A stretch of DNA of 64,000 nt, taken from Candidatus Aminicenantes bacterium (GTDB lineage: Bacteria; Acidobacteriota; Aminicenantia; Aminicenantales; Saccharicenantaceae). Numbering within the stretch: the first letter of the stretch is position 1; each line of letters opens with the position of its first letter. The notes beneath the pieces are model-generated. The model did not search any database. It was given only the letters and a program-made list of their open reading frames with translations, and was not told the origin of the DNA. A program made the translations under genes and the position numbers. This document shows, in pieces, positions 1-9,675 of the stretch. Where the stretch lies: the NCBI GenBank assembly GCA_963719985.1, contig CAVRDU010000001.1, positions 32,023 through 96,022 of the forward strand, in the 5' to 3' direction.

Positions 1-2
1 CC

Positions 3-1070
3 TATGCCGGGACGGTCCTCAAGCTCCATTTCAAGGAGAAGGACCTGATCAAGGTCGGCCAGGCGCTCGTGACCATCGGGAAGAAAGGCGAGGTCCTGAC
101 CGAGACGGCTCCTCCTCCGGCGCCCGCCGCCGCTTCCACGCCCGCGCCGGCGCCGTCCCGCGTCGACGGGGCGATGGAAAGGCCGGGCGAGGTCCTGGCC
201 ACGCCCAAAGTCCGGGCCCTGGCCAAGGAGCTCGGCGTCCCGATCGGGTCCGTCCGCGGCTCCGGCCCGGGCGGGCGCGTCACCGAGGACGACGTCCGGG
301 CCTTCCGGCCGGCCCCCGCCGCCAAGAAGCCGGCGATCAGGGTCAAGGCGAAATACGATCTCTTCGGCAATCTCGAGAGGATCCCTCTGCGCGGCGTGCG
401 CCGGGCCACGGCCAGGAAGATGCGCGAATCGCTCGACCACGCCGCCCACGTGACCCATTGCGACGAGGCGGACGCCGGGCCGATCGCGGCGCTCCGGGCG
501 AAGATGCGCGCCGAGGTCGAGGCGGCCGGGGCGAAGCTGACCTACCTGCCGTTCATCGTCAAGGCCCTCGTCGAGGCCCTCAAGCTCCACCCCACCCTCA
601 ACGCCACGCTCGACGAGGACGAGGGCGAGATCGTCGTCAAGAAGTATTTCAACATCGGCATCGCTGTCGACGTCCCCGACGGCCTGATCGTGCCCGTGCT
701 CAAGATGGCCGACCAGAAATCGGTCGCGGCGATCGCCGCGGAGATCGGGGACCTGGCCAAGGCCGCCCGGGAGCGGACCCTCGACCTGGCCGACCTCAAG
801 GGAGGCACGTTCTCCATCACCAACGTCGGCGTCATCGGCGGCGACCTGGCGACGCCGATCATCAACTATCCCGAGGTGGCCATCCTGGCCACGATGAGGA
901 TCGCCGACCGGCCGCGCGTCGTCGACGGGGCCGTCGTCGTCAAGAAGACCCTGCCGCTCTGCCTGGCGTTCGACCATCGGGTCGTGGACGGCGCCGAGGC
1001 GGCCAGGTTCACCAAGGACCTCGTCCGCTTCCTCGAGGCCCCGGAGAGCCTGCCGCTCGAGGGCGAGTGA
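3..1070 (+). CDS. Dihydrolipoamide acyltransferase E2 of a 2-oxoacid dehydrogenase complex (5' truncated by window edge)
   Basis: Frame open from nt 3 (YAGTVLKLHF...VGQAL, end of lipoyl domain); PSBD ATPKVRALAKELGV...GSGPGGRVTEDDV; catalytic FDHRVVDG. PDH versus BCKDH specificity not resolvable. Confidence 0.93.
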   Translation, partial: YAGTVLKLHFKEKDLIKVGQALVTIGKKGEVLTETAPPPAPAAASTPAPAPSRVDGAMERPGEVLATPKVRALAKELGVPIGSVRGSGPGGRVTEDDVRAFRPAPAAKKPAIRVKAKYDLFGNLERIPLRGVRRATARKMRESLDHAAHVTHCDEADAGPIAALRAKMRAEVEAAGAKLTYLPFIVKALVEALKLHPTLNATLDEDEGEIVVKKYFNIGIAVDVPDGLIVPVLKMADQKSVAAIAAEIGDLAKAARERTLDLADLKGGTFSITNVGVIGGDLATPIINYPEVAILATMRIADRPRVVDGAVVVKKTLPLCLAFDHRVVDGAEAARFTKDLVRFLEAPESLPLEGE

Positions 1071-1089
1071 GCGGCTCGAGGAGGCACTC

Positions 1090-1929
1090 ATGGGCATGAG
1101 GCGATCGAAGCTGGACCGGCTCGAGGCCGTCCTGCGGACCCGCCCGAAGGCGGTCGTCGCCTTCTCCGGGGGGGTCGATTCGACCCTGCTCCTCCGCGTC
1201 GCCCGCGACGTCCTCGGACCGGAGAACGTCGTCGCCGCGACCGGCGTCTCCGAGACGTACACGGCCGACGAGAAGCGGGCGGCCGAGCGCTTCGCCCGCG
1301 GGCTCGGCGTCGAGCACGTCCTCATCGAGACCGGGGAGCTCGCGTCGAGCGCGTTCGCCGCCAACCCGGCCGACCGCTGCTACCACTGCAAACGGGAGCT
1401 CCTCGCGAAGATACTCGACCTCGCCCGGGCCCGCGGCATCGACGCCGTCTACGACGCCTCCAACGTCGACGACCTCTCCGATTACCGCCCGGGCCGGCGG
1501 GCCCTCGCCGAGTCGGGCGTCCGCAGCCCGCTCCTCGAGGCCGGATTCGCCAAGAGCGACGTCCGCCGCCTCTCGCGCCGGCTCGGCCTCGAGACCTGGG
1601 ACAAGCCGGCCAACCCCTGTCTCGCCAGCCGCGTCCCCTACGGAACGCCCATCACCCAGGGGATCTTGGACAAGATCCGCGAGGGCGAGGCGTTCATCCG
1701 CAAGCTGGGGTTCCCCGTCGTCCGGCTCCGCCACCACGGCGAACTGGCCCGCATCGAGGTCCCGCCCGCCGATCTCGCGCGGCTCCTGAAACCCGCCACG
1801 GCCCGAAAGATCGCCGCCAAGCTGAGGTCCCTCGGCTATCTCTGGACAACGCTCGACGTCGAAGGCTACACCATGGGCAGCCTCAATCGCGCCGTCGCCG
1901 CCAAGCCCGCGAAAAAGCGAAGGCCATGA
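1090..1929 (+). CDS. larE: LarE-family PP-loop sulfur transferase
   Basis: SGGVDS PP-loop, RCYHCK, DYRPG, WDKPANPCLASRVPYG, VRLRHHGELARIE; RBS GAGGAGG upstream. Confidence 0.9.
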   Translation: MGMRRSKLDRLEAVLRTRPKAVVAFSGGVDSTLLLRVARDVLGPENVVAATGVSETYTADEKRAAERFARGLGVEHVLIETGELASSAFAANPADRCYHCKRELLAKILDLARARGIDAVYDASNVDDLSDYRPGRRALAESGVRSPLLEAGFAKSDVRRLSRRLGLETWDKPANPCLASRVPYGTPITQGILDKIREGEAFIRKLGFPVVRLRHHGELARIEVPPADLARLLKPATARKIAAKLRSLGYLWTTLDVEGYTMGSLNRAVAAKPAKKRRP

Positions 1930-2996
1930 AGGTCGCCGTCGGCATGAGCGGCGGGGTCGACTCCTCGGTCGCCGCCCTCCTCCTGCTCAAGGCCGGGCAC
2001 GACGTCTCCGGAGTCCTGATGACGATCTGGCCCGGGCCGGGCGCGCCCGCCGGGGCCAAGAGCGCCTGCTACGGCCCCGACGAGGCCGAGGACGTCCGGG
2101 CCGCGACGGGCGTCTGCGCCCGGCTGGGGATCCCCCTCCGTGTCGTCGACTGCTCCGCGAGCTACGAGGACATCGTCCTCGCCGACTTCCGCGAAAAGTA
2201 TATCGCCGGGCTGACCCCCAATCCCTGCGTCCGCTGCAACCAGCTGGTCAAGTTCGGGGTCCTGCCCGAGGCGGCCCGGCGCTCGGGACTGGAATTCGAC
2301 CGCTTCGCCACCGGGCATTACGCCAGGATCGAGCGCGACGCCTCGACCGGCCGGTCCCTGCTCAAGAGGGCCGCCGATTCCCGCAAGGACCAGTCCTACT
2401 TCCTCTATCGGCTCAGCCAGGACCGGCTCGCGACGGCGCTCTTCCCCCTGGGGGACCTGCTCAAGAGCCGCGTCCGGGCGATCGCCCGCGAGGAGCGACT
2501 CCCCGTCCACGACAGGCGGGAGAGCCAGGACTTCTACGCCGGCGACCTCGCCGACATCGTCGGCCGGGACGACCGCGAGGGCGATATCGTCGACGGCGCC
2601 GGGCGCGTCGTCGGCCGCCACCGCGGCGTCAGGCACTACACCATCGGCCAGCGCAAGGGACTGGGCGTCGCCGCCCCCGTCCCGCTCTATGTCGTCGGGA
2701 TCGACGCCGGCTCGAACCGGCTCGTCGTGGGCCCGGAGAGCGAGACCTTCCGGCGTTCGGCGATTGTCCGCGAGACCGTCTGGGGGCCCTTCGAGGCGCT
2801 TGCCTCCCCGACCGCCGTCCGGGCCCAGGTCAGATCGGGCGGACGGCCCGTCCCGGCGACGGTCTCCCCTCTCCCGGACGGCCGGGCCCGGATCGACTTC
2901 GCCGAGCCCGTCGCCTCCGTCGCGCCGGGCCAGTCCGCCGTCTTCTACGACGGCGAGACCGTCGTCGGCGGCGGCCTCATCGAGTCGGCGGCGTGA
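1926..2996 (+). CDS. mnmA: tRNA 2-thiouridine(34) synthase MnmA
   Basis: SGGVDSSVAA, NPCVRCN, ATGHYA, KDQSY, YTIGQRKGLG, PGQSAVFY; ATGA overlap with larE stop. Confidence 0.92.
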   Translation: MKVAVGMSGGVDSSVAALLLLKAGHDVSGVLMTIWPGPGAPAGAKSACYGPDEAEDVRAATGVCARLGIPLRVVDCSASYEDIVLADFREKYIAGLTPNPCVRCNQLVKFGVLPEAARRSGLEFDRFATGHYARIERDASTGRSLLKRAADSRKDQSYFLYRLSQDRLATALFPLGDLLKSRVRAIAREERLPVHDRRESQDFYAGDLADIVGRDDREGDIVDGAGRVVGRHRGVRHYTIGQRKGLGVAAPVPLYVVGIDAGSNRLVVGPESETFRRSAIVRETVWGPFEALASPTAVRAQVRSGGRPVPATVSPLPDGRARIDFAEPVASVAPGQSAVFYDGETVVGGGLIESAA

Positions 2997-3069
2997 CCGC
3001 CCTTCCCCATGTACCCCTATCGGGGCTATAATCCCCAATGTATTCCCAAGACAGGAAGGAGAAACTTCT

Positions 3070-4020
3070 ATGACCGGTTATCTCATCGCGTTCGTACTCG
3101 GCCTCCTCATCATGGGCGCCCTCATCGCCCAGAGGGAGAGGATGGGCAGCGCCGGATTCAACACCTGGCTCCGGGCGAAAAAGGGCCAGGCGGCGGGGAT
3201 CCTCGTCGGCGTCATCGCCGTCGCCCTGATCATCCAGGCCCTGGTCACGGTCCAGGCCGGGACGGTCGGCGTCGTCAAGAGGCTCGGCGCCGTCCGCCAG
3301 GAGCTCAAGCCCGGCCTGCACGTGATCATCCCCTTCATCGACAACGTCGTCATCTTCCCGACCCTGAAGAAGACCTACGAGGCCTCCGAGGCGCCTCAGG
3401 CGAGCATGGCCGACTATCCGGACATCATCGTCTCCGCGCTGACCTCGGACGGCCAGCAGATCAAGGTCGGCGTCACCGCCAGGTTCATGATCGAGCCGGG
3501 CAAGGCCGCCTGGATCCTGCAGAACCTCGGCTCCGAGCGCGAGTACGTGGAGAAGGTCGTCAAGACCGAGATCCGCGGCTCCGGCCGGCGCGTCCCGACC
3601 AAGTTCGCCGCCTACGACCTCTACACGAAGAAGAGCTACGAGGCCCAGCAAACCCTCTTCGACGAGATCGCGCCCAAGTTCCAGGCCAACGGCCTCATCC
3701 TCGACGAGATCGTCATCCGCAACATCACCTTCACGACCGAGTACGCCAAGACGCTCGAGGAGAAGCAGATCGCCCTGGAGAACATCACCACGGAGAAGAA
3801 CAAGCTCGAGCAGGAGAAGATCCGCAAGGAACAGAAGATCGTCGCCGCCGAGGGCGACGCCAAGAGCATCGAGATCCGCCAGACCGCCCTGACCAAGAAC
3901 CCGACCATCATCCAGTGGGAGTTCGTCCAGAAGCTGGCCCCCAACATCCAGTGGGGCATCATGCCCGACAACATCATCCCCGTCATCGACCTCAAGGGGA
4001 TGGCCGGCCCGCAGAAATAG
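3070..4020 (+). CDS. SPFH/prohibitin-family membrane protein
   Basis: Two N-terminal hydrophobic segments, VQAGTVGVVKRLG, PGLHVIIPF, DEIVIRNITF, C-terminal coiled coil; AGGAAGGAG RBS before ATG 3070. Confidence 0.85.
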   Translation: MTGYLIAFVLGLLIMGALIAQRERMGSAGFNTWLRAKKGQAAGILVGVIAVALIIQALVTVQAGTVGVVKRLGAVRQELKPGLHVIIPFIDNVVIFPTLKKTYEASEAPQASMADYPDIIVSALTSDGQQIKVGVTARFMIEPGKAAWILQNLGSEREYVEKVVKTEIRGSGRRVPTKFAAYDLYTKKSYEAQQTLFDEIAPKFQANGLILDEIVIRNITFTTEYAKTLEEKQIALENITTEKNKLEQEKIRKEQKIVAAEGDAKSIEIRQTALTKNPTIIQWEFVQKLAPNIQWGIMPDNIIPVIDLKGMAGPQK

Positions 4021-4191
4021 CCGCCCGGGCGGCCCTCAGTGGCCGTGGCGATGGTCCCCGTCCGGCCGGTGGCCTTGGACGTGGTCCGTCCCCTCGTGGA
4101 CGCGTTGGTGGGCGTACGCATAGGCGACCCGGTCATGACCGTTGGCTTGGTCGACGGCACCGGTCGTCCGTATCCTCCGCGAGGGGGAAAC

Positions 4192-4220
4192 TTGAGGCGG
4201 TCGGGATTTTCCGCTATAAT
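4192..4220 (+). promoter_or_regulatory. Sigma70-type promoter for EF-G operon
   Basis: TTGAGG (4192-4197), 17-nt spacer, TATAAT (4215-4220). Confidence 0.65.
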
Positions 4221-4317
4221 GGGGCCTCGACTGTTCGATTTCGGACAACCCGCGGACCCCGCACAGGAAACTCCCCGAACATCCCGACAGCCGTCGATCG
4301 TTGAAAGGCATCGTTCC

Positions 4318-6408
4318 ATGAGCACGGACATCGCGAGGATGCGGAACATCGGCATCAGCGCCCACATCGACTCCGGCAAGACGACCTTGACGGAGCGCGT
4401 CCTCTTCTACTGCAAGAAGATCCACAAGATCCACGAGGTCAAGGGCAAGGACGGCGTCGGCGCGACCATGGACTCCATGGACCTCGAGCGCGAGCGCGGC
4501 ATCACCATCGCCTCGGCCACGACCAACGTCACCTGGGCCGATCACTCCGTCAACATCATCGACACGCCCGGGCACGTCGACTTCACCATCGAGGTCGAGC
4601 GTTCGCTCCGCGTCCTCGACTCGGCCGTGCTCGTCCTCTGCTCGGTCGGCGGGGTCCAGTCACAGACGATCACCGTCGACCGCCAGCTGCGCCGCTACGA
4701 CGTTCCCTTCATCGCCTTCGTCAACAAGCTCGACCGCATCGGGGCCAATCCCCTCAAGGTCCGCGACCAGATCGTCGAGAAGCTCGGCCGCAACGCCGTC
4801 CTCCTGCAGCTCCCGATCGGGCTCGAGGGCGGCTTCCGGGGCATCGTCGACCTGGTCGCGATGAAGGCCCTCTATTTCGACGGGGCCGAGGGCGATGCCG
4901 TCCGGGTCGAGGCCATCCCCGACGAACTCGCGGCCGAGGCCGCGAAGAGGCGCGAGGAGCTGCTCGACGCCGCCTCTCTCCACTCCGACGAGCTCACGGA
5001 GGCCCTGCTCGAGGGCCGCGCGACCGACGCTCTCGTCAAGAGCGCCGTCCGCCGCGGCGTCGTCTCCCGCAAGCTCATCCCCGTGTTCATGGGATCCGCC
5101 TACCGCAACAAGGGCATCCAGCCTCTTCTCGACGCCGTCGTCGACTACCTGCCCCATCCCGGGGAGATCGAGAACCGGGCCATCGACCTCGACGCCGGCG
5201 GCGCCGAGCGTGCCCTCTCGGCCGATCCCGCGGCCAAGACCGTCGCCCTGGCCTTCAAGCTCGAGGACGGGCCCTACGGCCAGCTGACGTATATCCGTAT
5301 CTACCAGGGCGGCCTCAGCAAAGGCGACGAGCTCGTCAACACCCGCTCCGGCCAGAAGATCAAGGTCGGCCGCCTCGTCCGCATGCATGCCGACACCATG
5401 GCCGAGATCACGGAAGCGAGAGCCGGCGATATCGTGGCCCTCTTCGGCGTCGAGTGCGCCTCGGGCGACACATTCTGCGGCCCCGGCCTCAACCTGGCCA
5501 TGACCGCGATCTACGTCCCCGAACCGGTCATCTCGCTGGCCATCGAGCCCACGGACAAGAACGCCGCCGACCGGATGGCCAAGGCCCTCAACCGGTTCAC
5601 CAAGGAGGACCCGACCTTCCGCACCCACGTCGATCCCGAGTCGAACCAGACCATCATCCAGGGCATGGGCGAGCTCCACCTCGACGTCTACGTCGAGCGG
5701 ATGAAGCGCGAATACCGGGCCGAGGTCACGACCGGCATGCCCCAGGTCGCCTACCGCGAGGCCATCAGCCAGAAGGTCGATTTCGACTACACCCACAAGA
5801 AGCAGACGGGCGGGGCAGGGCAGTACGCCCGGGTCATCGGCCGGCTCGAGCCCCTGCCGAAGGGCGCCTACGAGTTCGCCAACGAGGTCAAGGGCGGACG
5901 TATCCCGCGCGATTTCATCCCCTCTTGCGACAAGGGTTTCCGGGCCGTCCTGAAGAAGGGCCCGCTCATCGGCTTCCCCGTGACCGGCGTCCGGGCCGTC
6001 CTCCTCGACGGCCAGTACCACCCCGTCGACTCCTCGGACATCGCCTTCCAGACCGCGGCCCAAGGCGCCTTCAGGCAGGTCTACATGAAGGCCAAGCCCC
6101 AGGTCCTCGAGCCGGTCATGAAGGTCTCGGTCGACACGCCGACCGAGTTCGCCGGCAACGTCTTCGCCACGATCAGCCAGCGCCGGGGGACGATCGTCAG
6201 CTCGGTCGAGGACGGCACCTTTTCGCGCATCGACGCCGAGGTCCCGCTGGCCGAGATGTTCGGCTACTCGACCGTCCTCCGCTCCCTGACCCAGGGCAAG
6301 GCGGAGTTCACCATGGAGTTCCTGAAGTACGGCCGGGTGCCGCCGCACGTCGCCGAGATCCTGACGGAGAAGCACCTCGAAAAGGCGAGAAAACAATCCT
6401 CGAGATGA
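4318..6408 (+). CDS. fusA: Elongation factor G, stand-alone paralogue (spirochaete/deltaproteobacterial/mitochondrial EF-G1-like)
   Basis: [62 protein letters not shown]; not in a str operon; [15 protein letters not shown] segment resembles the EF-G1 clade (inference). Confidence 0.93.
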   Translation: MSTDIARMRNIGISAHIDSGKTTLTERVLFYCKKIHKIHEVKGKDGVGATMDSMDLERERGITIASATTNVTWADHSVNIIDTPGHVDFTIEVERSLRVLDSAVLVLCSVGGVQSQTITVDRQLRRYDVPFIAFVNKLDRIGANPLKVRDQIVEKLGRNAVLLQLPIGLEGGFRGIVDLVAMKALYFDGAEGDAVRVEAIPDELAAEAAKRREELLDAASLHSDELTEALLEGRATDALVKSAVRRGVVSRKLIPVFMGSAYRNKGIQPLLDAVVDYLPHPGEIENRAIDLDAGGAERALSADPAAKTVALAFKLEDGPYGQLTYIRIYQGGLSKGDELVNTRSGQKIKVGRLVRMHADTMAEITEARAGDIVALFGVECASGDTFCGPGLNLAMTAIYVPEPVISLAIEPTDKNAADRMAKALNRFTKEDPTFRTHVDPESNQTIIQGMGELHLDVYVERMKREYRAEVTTGMPQVAYREAISQKVDFDYTHKKQTGGAGQYARVIGRLEPLPKGAYEFANEVKGGRIPRDFIPSCDKGFRAVLKKGPLIGFPVTGVRAVLLDGQYHPVDSSDIAFQTAAQGAFRQVYMKAKPQVLEPVMKVSVDTPTEFAGNVFATISQRRGTIVSSVEDGTFSRIDAEVPLAEMFGYSTVLRSLTQGKAEFTMEFLKYGRVPPHVAEILTEKHLEKARKQSSR

Positions 6409-6422
6409 GGGAGTGAACGATC

Positions 6423-7155
6423 ATGACGCTCACGGTCAAGGAAGAACTCATCAAGCGCAGCCCCCTGCGCGTGCTCGAAAGCTCGATCTCCGGAGGGCTC
6501 GGGACCGGCAACATCGGCGTCCTGGCCAGCCGCAAGGGCGTCGGCAAGACGGCCTGCCTCGTCCATATCGCCGCGGACAAGCTCCTCCAGGGGAAATCCG
6601 TCATCCACGTCTCCTACGCCAGCCGCGTCGACCACATCATCACCTGGTACGAGGACATCTTCAAGGAGCTGGCCAAAAAGCCGAAGATGAGGTCGGCCCT
6701 CGACGATTTCGACGAGCTCATCCGCAACCGGGTCATCATGAACTTCAAGCAGGACGGGGCCCGGACGGAGCAGGTCCTCCGCTCGCTCGAGGCCATGATC
6801 GTCCAGGCCGGGTTCCGGGCGGAGACCGTCATCGTCGACGGGCTCGAGTTCGCCCAGGCCGGGCCCGAGGAGCTCCGGATGTTCAAGGAGTTCGCCGGGC
6901 GCCTCGGCCTCGAGGTCTGGTTCAGCGCCTCCCTCAAGGGTGAGGAGCCGCTGTTCGACGACCGGGGCGTGCCGCGCGAGCTCCAGGGCGTCCTGGGCGT
7001 CGTCGACGTCCTCATCTCCCTCCAGCACCACGGCAGACCACGTCCATTTCAGCCTCGTCCAGGACCATGGCCGGCTGGCGCCCAAGGACCTCCGTCTCAA
7101 GCTCGATCCGACGACCCTCCTCATCGCCAAGGACGTCCCGGCGCGCAAGAAGTAG
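6423..7155 (+). CDS. RecA/KaiC-like P-loop ATPase, uncharacterised; +1 frameshift near 7035
   Basis: Walker A SRKGVGKT, Walker B VIVDG; removing one A near 7035 joins LQHHG to DHVHFSLVQDHG...ARKK* (stop 7153-7155), giving 243 aa and a stop directly at a terminator hairpin. Confidence 0.75.
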
Positions 7156-7170
7156 GGCCCGGCCCTTTTT
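7154..7170 (+). terminator. Short intrinsic terminator after EF-G/ATPase operon
   Basis: AGGGC-CCG-GCCCT followed by T run. Confidence 0.45.
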
Positions 7171-7197
7171 GACTCGCCCCGGACGGTGTGCTATATC
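7169..7197 (+). promoter_or_regulatory. Sigma70-type promoter for HAD gene
   Basis: TTGACT, 17-nt spacer, TG-extended TATATC. Confidence 0.45.
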
Positions 7198-7232
7198 TGG
7201 CGTCGCGACCCCGGGGTCCACGAATCGCGGCC

Positions 7233-7919
7233 ATGACGACCCTTGATCAAGCCAGGATCTCTTTTCCCCCGGGGACCCGCTTGGCCGTCATCGATCTCGA
7301 CGGGACCCTGCTCAAGGGGATGAACGCCGAACGGATCTTCTATCTCCATCTCCTCGTCACCGGTCACGTCAGCGTCTTCCGGATGATCGGCTTCCTCTTC
7401 TCTCTCCTCGGCGACATCGTCCGCATGGGATTCCGGCCGGCCATCGGCTCCAACGCCCGGCTCCTCCGGGACAGGACCCCCGACGAGGTGCGGCAGTGGG
7501 CCAACGCCTTCGGGCACATCTTCCTCCGGAAGGCCGTCCCGGACGACCTCCGACAGAAGATCCTGAGCCTCAAGAAGGAAGGGTGCCGCATCATCCTGTT
7601 GTCCGGGTCCCTCCAGGTCCTCGTCGACCAGCTCAAGGAGCGCCTCGAAGCGGAGATCCTCATCGGGAACGATCTCGAAGTCGTCGGGGGGAGGCTCACG
7701 GGCCGGAAGACGGGGATCTTCCCCTACGGCATCCAGAAGGTCGACGCCCTTTTCCAGAGGATCGACCCCGAAGCCGTCGACTGGGCCGAGTCCTGGGCCT
7801 TGGCCGACCGGAGGTCGGACCTGCCCGTGCTCGAGCTCGTCGGGCATCCCGTCGCCGTCCACGCCGCCCGGAGGCTGCGCCGGCTGGCCCGGGAGAGGGG
7901 TTGGGAGATCATCGGCTGA
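7233..7919 (+). CDS. HAD-IB family phosphatase (SerB/PGP-phosphatase-like)
   Basis: Motif I DLDGTL, motif II SGS, motif III K (GIQK), motif IV ADRRSDLPVLELVGHPVAV. Confidence 0.85.
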   Translation: MTTLDQARISFPPGTRLAVIDLDGTLLKGMNAERIFYLHLLVTGHVSVFRMIGFLFSLLGDIVRMGFRPAIGSNARLLRDRTPDEVRQWANAFGHIFLRKAVPDDLRQKILSLKKEGCRIILLSGSLQVLVDQLKERLEAEILIGNDLEVVGGRLTGRKTGIFPYGIQKVDALFQRIDPEAVDWAESWALADRRSDLPVLELVGHPVAVHAARRLRRLARERGWEIIG

Positions 7920-7949
7920 GGGGGACCGCCCGGGATCGGGAGAATATCC

Positions 7950-9611
7950 TCAGAACAGGTAGCTCAATCCGGCGAGGGTCCGCGTCTCCCGGCTCGAAGC
8001 GCGGACGTCGCCGATCTTCCCCCAGCGACGGATGCTCTGCAGGGCGGCGAAAGCGCGCACGCCGAGCGAGGGGACCGTCCACCCGGCCTTGACGAGAAGG
8101 CGGGTCCTGGTGTCGACGACGCCGACGTTGTTCATGAGGTCGGCCTCGAAGCGGTCCAGGCCCTCCCAGGAGTCCCAGGCGTGGGCGCTGGCGAGACCGC
8201 GGACCCAGAGATTCCCCCAATCGAGGTCGACCCGGGCCGAGGCGCTGGCGCCGTAGGCGTAATGGTAGCCGTAGTAGCTGAGGGTCGTCTTCATGCCCTC
8301 GATGGGATAGGCGGCGGAGTAGGCGTTGAAGGCGAAGGCGTTCATCAGGGCGAAGTCGACGTAGGCGTCGGCTACGACCCGGACCTTCATTCCCCGTCCG
8401 AACCGGGTCCAGTCCAGGACGGGCCCGACGAGGTGGGCGACCGTCATCTTGTCCCGGAAGTCGGTGGGCGTCTCCGGGAGCGGGTCGAGCTGGACCTGGA
8501 CGCTCCGCGAGTCGTAGAGCGTGGGCCTCTTGCGGAGGTAGGTCAAGGCTGAGCCCAGCCCGAGAGAGAGGGCGTGGCCGCGGCCGAGCTCGTCGATCCT
8601 CTGCCGGTACCAGGCCAGGCCGACGACCCGGGCGTAGAGGTCGACCTCTTCGGCGGGCCCGTCCTTCAGGTGCTCTTCGCCCTCGGGACGGCCGCGCAGG
8701 GTCACCTCGACGGCGAGCTCGCTCAGGGACGTGTCGTGGAGGGTCTTGCGGACTTCCCCCGGCTGGCCGTAGCCAGGCGTCCGGACGAGCTGCGTGTCGA
8801 ACCCGATGGTGGCCGCGTCGAAGGCCCCCCGCCCCGTCTCCAAGGTGCGAATCCAACCCGCCGACAGGGTGAAGGCGTGCCAGGCCGGGGAGGGATAGAC
8901 GCGCGAGGCCGGGTTCTTGCGGTCGAGCCACTGATTGAGCTTGTTGATCGGGTTCAAAAAGCTCAGGGCCTTGAGGACGGGCGACTTCTGATGGTGGAAG
9001 TGGTCGCCCAGCTGGAACCAGGCCTCTCCGAGCGAGTAGCCGGAGAACGTGGTCAGGAACATGTCGTTGACCGAGATGACCTCGCGCCACTCCGAGACGT
9101 ACTCGTAGAGGAGGGAGGAGGAGAACGAGGCGAGGAGGGACTCGGACCAGGTCAGGTAGTTCGTCCGGCCGAACTGGTAGTAAAGGGCGCCGGCGAGGAC
9201 GTGAGTCCAGTTGACGACGTAGGCGTTCGAGTCGAAGCGGATGGCCTCGAGTGTCAGGAAACGGCGGAACTGGTCGGCGCAGGTCAGCTCGTACTGCCAG
9301 TCCTCGACCCACTCGTGATAGGCGGACCAGTACCTGTAGGTCGAATAGACCGCCAGGAGGCCGAGCTGGATCAAGGCCCGCCTCGTCTTCTTGGGCATCC
9401 CTTCGCCCGCCGGGGCGACGGAGGGCGCCGGGGCCTCGCCCGCCGCGGGCGGCCCGGCCAGCGAGAAGCCCAGGGGGGCGGGGCGGGAGTCGTACGGGCG
9501 CGCGGGAGGGGCCAGAGAGAAGGCCGGGATGACCTCCGCTCCCAGGGGCGCCCCGATGAGGACGAGCAGGGCGGCCGCGGCGGCGGCCCGCTTATGGGGG
9601 AACGCTTTCAT
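7950..9611 (-). CDS. Exported DUF3943-like protein, probable outer-membrane beta-barrel
   Basis: Signal peptide MKAFPHKRAAAAAALLVLIGAPLGA; N-x-W-T-H...G-A-L-Y-Y...L-Y-E...E...S-V-N-D...T...G...LGE pattern; beta-rich C-terminus ending in Phe. Confidence 0.6.
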   Translation of the reverse strand: MKAFPHKRAAAAAALLVLIGAPLGAEVIPAFSLAPPARPYDSRPAPLGFSLAGPPAAGEAPAPSVAPAGEGMPKKTRRALIQLGLLAVYSTYRYWSAYHEWVEDWQYELTCADQFRRFLTLEAIRFDSNAYVVNWTHVLAGALYYQFGRTNYLTWSESLLASFSSSLLYEYVSEWREVISVNDMFLTTFSGYSLGEAWFQLGDHFHHQKSPVLKALSFLNPINKLNQWLDRKNPASRVYPSPAWHAFTLSAGWIRTLETGRGAFDAATIGFDTQLVRTPGYGQPGEVRKTLHDTSLSELAVEVTLRGRPEGEEHLKDGPAEEVDLYARVVGLAWYRQRIDELGRGHALSLGLGSALTYLRKRPTLYDSRSVQVQLDPLPETPTDFRDKMTVAHLVGPVLDWTRFGRGMKVRVVADAYVDFALMNAFAFNAYSAAYPIEGMKTTLSYYGYHYAYGASASARVDLDWGNLWVRGLASAHAWDSWEGLDRFEADLMNNVGVVDTRTRLLVKAGWTVPSLGVRAFAALQSIRRWGKIGDVRASSRETRTLAGLSYLF

Positions 9612-9675
9612 TCTTTCTCGCTTTGCTTTTGATCGAAGAGGGACTAAAATAGGCCATTCGTCGCGGAGAGTCAAG

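Noticed and set aside
4021-4032. Perfect 12-bp palindrome CCGCCCGGGCGG after the SPFH stop
   Set aside because: All-GC and expected by chance at this composition; no loop or U-tract.
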